Below, piece after piece: positions 57,718 to 64,000 of a stretch of 64,000 bases of DNA; positions within the stretch are counted from its first letter, which is position 1, and each line of letters opens with the position of its first letter. Source of the DNA: Candidatus Xenobia bacterium (GTDB lineage: Bacteria > Vulcanimicrobiota > Xenobia > Xenobiales > QWHO01); the NCBI GenBank assembly GCA_045863235.1, contig BTUM01000012.1, positions 32,001-96,000 on the forward strand, written 5' to 3'. The position numbers and the translations under genes were made by a program. The notes beneath the pieces were generated by a model. The model was not told the origin of the DNA. It did no database searches and worked only from the letters and a program-made list of their open reading frames with translations.

Positions 57718-59456
57718 CGGAGCAACACCGCCAGGATGTTTTCGTCGCGGCGCCGGCCCACGCCCTGGCCGGTCACCGGGTCGGGAGACTGGGCAAGAAA
57801 GCCCGTCAGCCAGAGCCCCCCACCCCGGTGTACCGTGTCGAGCAGCACTCGACGCTGTTCAGACGGATCCCGAGGGGGAGCTTTCGAGAGGGCCATCGCA
57901 ATGCTCTTGCGACCCGGCTCGAGCCGGAAGAACTCGCTGGCCAGGCCTCGGTCGGAGAACTGGCACTCCTCCAGGGTGAGCCCCGAGTCGTTCTGCACGT
58001 AGCCCACCAGTCGGTCGCCCTGACGCTCGAGGACGAGGGTGACAGGGCCCGGCAGGGGGCGGCTCTCGGTCAGCAGCAGGGTGGTGCCCGACCAGGCGTT
58101 GAGCTTGAGATCGCGCATCTCCAGTCGGCCGTTGCATAGACCGGTGCCCGAGGCAATCAGGTCCTCGCCGTAGTAACTGCCAGCCGCGCTGAGGTCGGCC
58201 TCGGCGCCGCACTCGAGGGTGTAGGTCCCCTCCCAGAGGGTATCCAGGAAGACGGTCGCCTCATAGAGCCCGCGATTCTGTCCGCTCTCCAGCCGAAGCA
58301 GCCCGAACTGCTCGAGACGGGGCTCGAACCCGCGCGTCTGGGCCGTGTACAGCACGATCAGGGCCGAGAAGGTGAGCGAGAGCAGGGGCAAGGTGAGCAG
58401 CGCCCAGACCCGTCGCTGGCGCTTGCGCAGGAACCAGAAGTTGAGAGGCCCGGCCGCCAGGAAGTAGCCGCCCAGCGCCAGCGCGATGGCCGGGTAGCGA
58501 ATGCGGTCGGCGTGGCTCAGGCCCCACAGCTCTTGCGGCTGCCAGCGTGGCCAGTCATTGGGCCCCCCCATGAAGATGCGGTCGAGCAGCGCGAAGCTGG
58601 TCTTCTCCCCCAGCAGCTGAGGCCGGGTCATCTCGGCGGTAATCAGGTAGACGCGGCCCAGTCCACGACCCGCCGCGATCATGAGCGGATGGCCCTCGCG
58701 CTTGACCAGCACGGTGCCGCCAGACAAAACGTTGCCGGTCAAAAGCTCGTAGCCAGCTTTCAGCGTGACGGTCCTCACCGGCTGCAGGGGAAAGAAGGCT
58801 TCCAGAGGCGTGCCGCGGTACTCGTTCGGATCGGAGGTCGCGATGAACACAAGCTCCCCGCCCGAGCGCGCGAAGTCAGCCAGAGCAGCCATCTGGAGCT
58901 CGCTCAGAGCCAGCCGGGCCCGGTCGTGAAGCACAACCCGAGACGCCCCCAGGTAGGCTCGGGCGCTCTCCGGGGCACGCAGCACGGCCCGGCTGGTGGC
59001 CAGATGATTGACGCGCAGCTCGTGGGCGTTGACCAGCCCCAGCAGGCTCGGCTCGGGGCTGAGCACCAGGGTGGCGTTGCTCAGATAGCGGAGCTCGAGG
59101 CTCTGGACCGCCCGCAACTTGCCCTCCACCAGCAGCTTGAGCTCGAGCTTGAGGCGATCATGGCGAGGCTGCAGGTTGACACGCAGATCGGTGTGGCGAC
59201 GAGAGCCGGCCGGCAGCTCCAGCTCCACCCAACCGGCCAGCTCCCCGTCCGGGAAACGCGCTTCCAGGCGGCCCTGGACGGTTCTTCCTGTCTGGTTGGA
59301 GACCTCGGCGTAGAGGCCCGGGGTGCCGACCGAGACAGGCTGGCCGAAATAACTGTCGACCCTGAGCTCGAAGTCATCCGCGGCCCCGGCAGGCATGCAG
59401 CCCAGCCAGACGAGAATGAGCCAGCATGATGAGAGGCGCGCGATGAGCCAGACCAG
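57714..59456 (-). CDS. ABC-associated membrane protein with large extracytoplasmic domains (start uncertain)
   Basis: ALADFARSGGELV GATase-like segment, GPLNFWFL...W.TLP TM pair; stop overlaps ATPase start. Confidence 0.72.
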   Translation of the reverse strand: MVWLIARLSSCWLILVWLGCMPAGAADDFELRVDSYFGQPVSVGTPGLYAEVSNQTGRTVQGRLEARFPDGELAGWVELELPAGSRRHTDLRVNLQPRHDRLKLELKLLVEGKLRAVQSLELRYLSNATLVLSPEPSLLGLVNAHELRVNHLATSRAVLRAPESARAYLGASRVVLHDRARLALSELQMAALADFARSGGELVFIATSDPNEYRGTPLEAFFPLQPVRTVTLKAGYELLTGNVLSGGTVLVKREGHPLMIAAGRGLGRVYLITAEMTRPQLLGEKTSFALLDRIFMGGPNDWPRWQPQELWGLSHADRIRYPAIALALGGYFLAAGPLNFWFLRKRQRRVWALLTLPLLSLTFSALIVLYTAQTRGFEPRLEQFGLLRLESGQNRGLYEATVFLDTLWEGTYTLECGAEADLSAAGSYYGEDLIASGTGLCNGRLEMRDLKLNAWSGTTLLLTESRPLPGPVTLVLERQGDRLVGYVQNDSGLTLEECQFSDRGLASEFFRLEPGRKSIAMALSKAPPRDPSEQRRVLLDTVHRGGGLWLTGFLAQSPDPVTGQGVGRRRDENILAVLLR

Positions 59457-59460
59457 AACT

Positions 59461-59550
59461 TTGCGAGAAGTCCGGCCGCAAAACCCCTCGTGGTGGCGGA
59501 GGGACCCTCCACCACCACAAGATATTGCAGGCGGCCGGACTTGTCGCACA
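59461..59550. repeat. palindromic REP/MITE-like element, family B copy 2
   Basis: TGCGAGAAGTCCGGCCGC / GCGGCCGGACTTGTCGCA (17/18) enclosing a GTGGTGG...CCACCAC hairpin. Confidence 0.65.
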
Positions 59551-59651
59551 ATCTGTTGGGCGTCGCGCAGCCGGAAAACTGTGCCAAGGGGGGGTCCGAC
59601 CGCGCACCTGGAGCAACGGAGGCGCACTGCCAACCCATTGGACTTCAGAGG

Positions 59652-60494
59652 GTGAACTCCTTGTGGTGGCTGGTGCTGGTGGCGGCCTTGCTGGCTCCTG
59701 CCCGGGCCCAGGAGCTGGTCGGAGCCCTGCAGCCCATCGAGCCAACCTCCCTGGTGTGCGAGCACCTCGTGGTGCGGGTGACCCCGTCCCCCTCGGGCGC
59801 CCGGGTTGAGCTGGACGCCACGCTGCACAATCCCCTCAAGCAGCAGAGCGAAGCCAACCTGATGCTGCTGGACGCCGCTGAGCTGCAGGTTCTGCGGGCC
59901 GGTGCCCCGGTCAAGCTCGAAATGGTGGAGGCGCGCGAGCACAAGGTGGCCACCTTCCTCGTACGCCTCGATCCGGGCGAGCGAATGCGATTGTCAGCCC
60001 GCTGGAGCTCCCCGGGTCGCTCCTTACGACTCAAACTGCCCGAGCCCGGGTCCTGGAACGGCTACGAGAGCTGCACCCTCTTCGTGACCGCCCGGCCCAC
60101 CTGGCAACTGGCCGTGAGCCCGCCGGTGGCCAGGCTCTACTCCACGGTCGAGGACGATGTCTACGGAGCCTCCCTGGGGCCCAACCAGGCTGGCTGGGTG
60201 GATGTCGAGGTGAGCTACCAGGGGCCCCCAATCTGGCTGTTTCTGATCGTCTTGCCGGCCGCCGCCAGCCTGGCCGCCGGAGCTCTGGCGCTGGCCTGGC
60301 CCGGCCCCCCGGCCAGGCGGGCGGTAGGGCTGGCCTACCTGATCAACGGGCCGCTCTACCTGTGGCTGCTCGGGGAAGGCTATACCGCCTGGCAGCCAGG
60401 GCCCATTTCCCTGTTCGTCTGCTTCGCCGCCGGGCCGGTGGCGGCAGCACTCTACTCGGTGCTTGGATTTCCCCGCCGCGGGATCATCCGCTAA
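59652..60494 (+). CDS. hypothetical exported/membrane protein
   Basis: Signal peptide ending ARA; three C-terminal TM helices. Confidence 0.7.
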   Translation: MNSLWWLVLVAALLAPARAQELVGALQPIEPTSLVCEHLVVRVTPSPSGARVELDATLHNPLKQQSEANLMLLDAAELQVLRAGAPVKLEMVEAREHKVATFLVRLDPGERMRLSARWSSPGRSLRLKLPEPGSWNGYESCTLFVTARPTWQLAVSPPVARLYSTVEDDVYGASLGPNQAGWVDVEVSYQGPPIWLFLIVLPAAASLAAGALALAWPGPPARRAVGLAYLINGPLYLWLLGEGYTAWQPGPISLFVCFAAGPVAAALYSVLGFPRRGIIR

Positions 60495-60593
60495 TCCGGG
60501 CGCCGCCGGGCATGGCGGCGAAGCTGAAGCGTGTGGACGGAAAGGAGGATTTTCAAGCGGTGCAGAAAACCCGGCCGCGGAGGTCGGCTTGAA

Positions 60594-61124
60594 ATGAAGA
60601 GATTTACCAACATGATCCTGGTCGCGTGCCTGATTGCGGCCACTCGCGTGGCCAGCTACGGCGAAGATTGGACCATTACGCCCGGTCAGAGCGTCGGCCC
60701 GGTCAAGCTCGGCATGCGGCTCACCGAGGTGGAGGCCTCCAGCAAGCTCCTGCCTGGCGGCACCGGAAGCCTCATCCGCAAGGACACCCAGACCACCTTC
60801 ACGCCCAAGGGACAGATGAAGATCGTCTACACCCGCTACGGCGGCATCGAGGTGCAGTGGGACCCGCGGGCGGTCCAGATCATCGTCACCCAGCCCAAAA
60901 CCACCACGGCCCAGGGACGCTCGGTGAACCTGGTGGGGCCGGGCGGCGTGCGGGTGGGCAGCAGCCTGCAGGACATGGAGCAGGCTCTCGGTCGCACCTA
61001 CGAGTCGCGCGAGCTCAAGCCCCAGAAGGGGGTCTACATGTACCGCTACCTCGACAAGAACATCGGCTGCGTGGTCAAGGGCGGCAAGGTGGTCAGCATC
61101 AACATCTGGCCGGGGAAGCAGTAG
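60594..61124 (+). CDS. secreted hypothetical protein
   Basis: GGAGG SD, signal peptide, ITPGQSVGPVKLGM / GVRVGSS internal repeats. Confidence 0.75.
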   Translation: MKRFTNMILVACLIAATRVASYGEDWTITPGQSVGPVKLGMRLTEVEASSKLLPGGTGSLIRKDTQTTFTPKGQMKIVYTRYGGIEVQWDPRAVQIIVTQPKTTTAQGRSVNLVGPGGVRVGSSLQDMEQALGRTYESRELKPQKGVYMYRYLDKNIGCVVKGGKVVSINIWPGKQ

Positions 61125-62058
61125 TCCGCAAAACCACTTTCCCGAAGGCACCGCTCTCCATGACCGCCCGGTGGGCGGCCGGTGCCTCCTCCAGAGCAAA
61201 GGTCTTGCCCACCACGGGCGCAAGCATCTTGCACTCCAATCCGGCCCGAATGGCGGCGTGAATCTGGCCCAGCTCCTCGGCGCTGGCGTTGGCCAGAGAC
61301 AGGCCCAGCACACTCAGATCGCCGCTCATCGTCCAGCGAGGATCGATCTCGATCTTGCCCCGGCTGCCGATCACCACCACACGCCCGCGCGGGGCCAGCA
61401 GCGACAGGTCGTTCTCCAGGTTGACATTGGCCAGCATCTCCAGGATCAGATTGGGACGCAGAGCGCGCACCTCGTCGAGGTAGCCGGGCGCGGCGTGATT
61501 GAAGACGTGGTGGGCTCCCAGACGGAGGACCAGGTCGAGCCCCGGCTCGGTGGAGGCGGTGCCCAGCACCGTCAGGCCGGCCGCGCGAGCCCACTGCACG
61601 GCCGCCTGGCCGACTCCGCCACTGGCCCCGTGCACCAGCACGGTCTCGCCAGGGCGAGCGTGAGCGCGCAGGAAAAGGGCCCGGTAGGCAGTGCCGTAGG
61701 GGACATAGAGTCCAGCCCCCTGCTCGAAGCTGGTGGACTCGGGCAGCGGATGGACCTGCTCGGGAGCGCACAGAGCGAACTCGGCATAGGTGCCGGTCAG
61801 GCTGCCGGCCAGGTAGACCCGCGCGCCGGGCTCGAAACCGGGCCCCGAGCGCACCACACCGGCCGCGTCCGTGCCCGGCGTGTAGGGTAGCTGAGGCAGC
61901 CGTCCGTACTTGCCCGAGCGGATGTAGGTGTCCACCGGATTGACCCCGGTGGCGTGCACCTCCACCAGTACCTGCTCAGGGCCGGGGACCGGGTCGGGCC
62001 GCTCCTCCACCGTCATGACCTCGGGCTCGCCAAACTCGCTGACCACAATCGCTCTCAT
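61099..62058 (-). CDS. NADPH:quinone reductase (zeta-crystallin-like MDR)
   Basis: GVNPVD, PYTPGTD, VLVHGASGGVG, GKVVL. Confidence 0.92.
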   Translation of the reverse strand: MRAIVVSEFGEPEVMTVEERPDPVPGPEQVLVEVHATGVNPVDTYIRSGKYGRLPQLPYTPGTDAAGVVRSGPGFEPGARVYLAGSLTGTYAEFALCAPEQVHPLPESTSFEQGAGLYVPYGTAYRALFLRAHARPGETVLVHGASGGVGQAAVQWARAAGLTVLGTASTEPGLDLVLRLGAHHVFNHAAPGYLDEVRALRPNLILEMLANVNLENDLSLLAPRGRVVVIGSRGKIEIDPRWTMSGDLSVLGLSLANASAEELGQIHAAIRAGLECKMLAPVVGKTFALEEAPAAHRAVMESGAFGKVVLRTTASPARC

Positions 62059-62107
62059 GCAGATGGCTTCGCGAAGGAAAAGCGAGCCTCCCTGCAAACA
62101 GCAGCCC

Positions 62108-62770
62108 ATGACTTTCAAGGCTCTGCCGCTGACCCCGGTCCTGCTCGACTACCTGCGCAGCGTTTCCTTGCGCGAGACCGACCTGATGCGCAGACTGCGC
62201 GATGAGACGGCCCGGTTGCCTTACGCCCAGATGCAGATCGCTCCTGAGCAGGGCCAGTTCATGGCCTTGCTGGTCGAGCTCATGGGGGCCCGCCGGGCGC
62301 TGGAGGTCGGGGTGTTCACCGGCTACAGCAGCCTGGCGGTGGCCCGGGCCTTGCCCGAGGATGGCCGCTTGATCGCCTGCGACATCAGCGAGGAGTGGAC
62401 CAACATCGCCCGCCGCTACTGGGCCGAGGCCGGGGTGGCCCACAAGATCGACCTGCGGCTGGCCCCGGCCCTCCAGACCCTGGACGGCCTGCTGGCCGAG
62501 GGGCAGCACAACACCTTCGACTTCGCCTTCCTGGATGCCGACAAGGTCAGCTACGCCGACTACTACGAGCGCATGCTCGAGCTGGTGCGACCCGGGGGAC
62601 TCGTGCTGGTGGACAACGTGCTCTGGTCGGGCGACGTGGCCGATCCGGCGGTGCAGGACCGGGACACGCTGGCTCTGCGGACCTTCAACCAGCGGTTGCA
62701 CCAGGATCAGCGCATCAGCCTCTCACTCTTGCCCCTGGCCGACGGGGTGACGCTGGCTCGCAAGCGCTGA
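62108..62770 (+). CDS. class I SAM-dependent O-methyltransferase (caffeoyl-CoA OMT-like)
   Basis: LEVGVFTGYS, FLDADK, VDNVLWSG, DGVTL. Confidence 0.92.
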   Translation: MTFKALPLTPVLLDYLRSVSLRETDLMRRLRDETARLPYAQMQIAPEQGQFMALLVELMGARRALEVGVFTGYSSLAVARALPEDGRLIACDISEEWTNIARRYWAEAGVAHKIDLRLAPALQTLDGLLAEGQHNTFDFAFLDADKVSYADYYERMLELVRPGGLVLVDNVLWSGDVADPAVQDRDTLALRTFNQRLHQDQRISLSLLPLADGVTLARKR

Positions 62771-62911
62771 CCAGGACCGAGTAGTATATTTCTACCGGAG
62801 GCATGGTAGGCATTTTGAGCCTTTGCCGAGGGGCAGGTTCCAGGGTATCCTGAGGCCAGAGAAAAGCTTCGACCCTCTGCGGGTGACCCCCCCCCGACCG
62901 CAGGGGGTCAT

Positions 62912-64000
62912 TTATTTGTAGCGCCTTCCCAGCGCAAACTCGATTCGCCGCATCAGGGCTGACAGCGCGAACGGCTTGGAGACGAAGTCGAAGGCCCCTC
63001 CCTCCAGGGCCGCCTCGATCTGGCCCTCCTCGAGCTGGGCGGTCATCAAGAGGACCCTGGTGCGATTCAAGGCTCCCTTCTCGCGCAGGCGGGCCAGCAA
63101 CTCGGTTCCGGTCATCCCTGGCACGAGCTGATCGAGCAGGAGCACCCGGGCCTGCAGCTGGAGCGGATCTTCCGCCAGCATCGCAGCCGCGGCCGCCCCA
63201 TCCACGAACCAGTGAGTGGACAGACCCCGCGAGCGACAGGCTTTCAGAACCAGCTCTCCCAGTGCCTCGTCGTCTTCCACCAGAACCACATCCACCGTGC
63301 GATGGGAGGCCTCTGCGAGCGCGCCATAGACCCGTGAGCGGCCTTCCTGCTTGGCCCGGTAGAGAGCCTGATCGGCCAGGCGCAGCAAGCCCTCGATGTC
63401 CTGGGCATCATCAGGGAACTGGGCCACCCCGGCCGAGAACGAGAGGGTGAAGCTGCCTCCCTCGGGAGCCGGTAGCTCCTGGATCTTGAGAGCCTCCAGG
63501 CACTGCTCCAGTCGACGAATGGCGTTGGCTCCGTCGCTGTCGAACAGGCCCACCACGAACTCCTCGCCTCCCCAGCGGATGACCGTGTCTTCCCCCCGGA
63601 AGGTGTTGGTGAGATGACGGGCGCACAGACGCAGGGCCAGGTCGCCGCTGCCGTGCCCGTAATGGTCGTTGACCTGCTTGAAGTGGTCCAGGTCCACCAT
63701 GGCCACGGCCAGCGGGGCGCCGTGCCGGATGGCGATCTGCAGCAAGCGGGTCAGGTCTCGCAGGCCCCGGCGGCGGGTGGCTACCCCGGTCAAGAGGTCG
63801 GTATCGGCCAGCCGGCGGTAGTGCTGGGTGCGGGCCAGCCGGTTGGAGATGCGGGTGACCAGCTCGGAGTCCACGACCGGCTTCTGGATATAATCGTCGG
63901 CCCCGGCCTGGTAGATGCGCTGCACCGTGCTGGTGTCGAAGTAGGCCGTCAAAAAGAGCACCGGGCGGTCGCTCCAGCGCGGATCGGTGCGCAGCACGCG
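62912..64000 (-). CDS. REC-GGDEF-REC diguanylate cyclase (5' end outside the window)
   Basis: GADDYIQKP, DLLTG, DLDHFKQVND..GH..GD, RGED I-site plus GGEEF, C-terminal receiver. Confidence 0.92.
   Translation of the reverse strand, partial: RVLRTDPRWSDRPVLFLTAYFDTSTVQRIYQAGADDYIQKPVVDSELVTRISNRLARTQHYRRLADTDLLTGVATRRRGLRDLTRLLQIAIRHGAPLAVAMVDLDHFKQVNDHYGHGSGDLALRLCARHLTNTFRGEDTVIRWGGEEFVVGLFDSDGANAIRRLEQCLEALKIQELPAPEGGSFTLSFSAGVAQFPDDAQDIEGLLRLADQALYRAKQEGRSRVYGALAEASHRTVDVVLVEDDEALGELVLKACRSRGLSTHWFVDGAAAAAMLAEDPLQLQARVLLLDQLVPGMTGTELLARLREKGALNRTRVLLMTAQLEEGQIEAALEGGAFDFVSKPFALSALMRRIEFALGRRYK

Overview
A very GC-rich bacterial chromosomal window, mostly housekeeping and accessory genes. 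No CRISPR array, rRNA, prophage or intact IS is evident. The cdaA-cdaR pair, an ECF S-component and a copper-amine-oxidase stalk protein suggest a Terrabacteria lineage, possibly Eremiobacterota/Vulcanimicrobiota-like (inference only). Main content: a nurA-herA-(insert)-sbcD-sbcC DNA end-resection cluster, multicopper oxidase, orphan GroES, hybrid histidine kinase, a GrpE/Hsp70 cassette, cdaA-cdaR-PilZ, speD, GH13 amylase, an FAD-oxidoreductase pair with a GcvT-like gene, tRNA-Pro plus an atypical tRNA-Tyr, Rpn nuclease, carotenoid oxygenase, nadABC, galT, an ABC exporter and a GGDEF protein. The most interesting signals are non-coding. (1) The 5' and 3' flanks of speD base-pair with each other across the whole gene. 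(2) A sigma70 promoter drives two tandem leader-ORF/antiterminator/terminator modules ahead of tRNA-Pro and a non-canonical tRNA-Tyr, back-to-back with a 6S-like RNA. (3) An unassigned ~280-nt structured RNA with a terminator precedes the ECF S-component. All RNA folds were done by eye and need computational confirmation.
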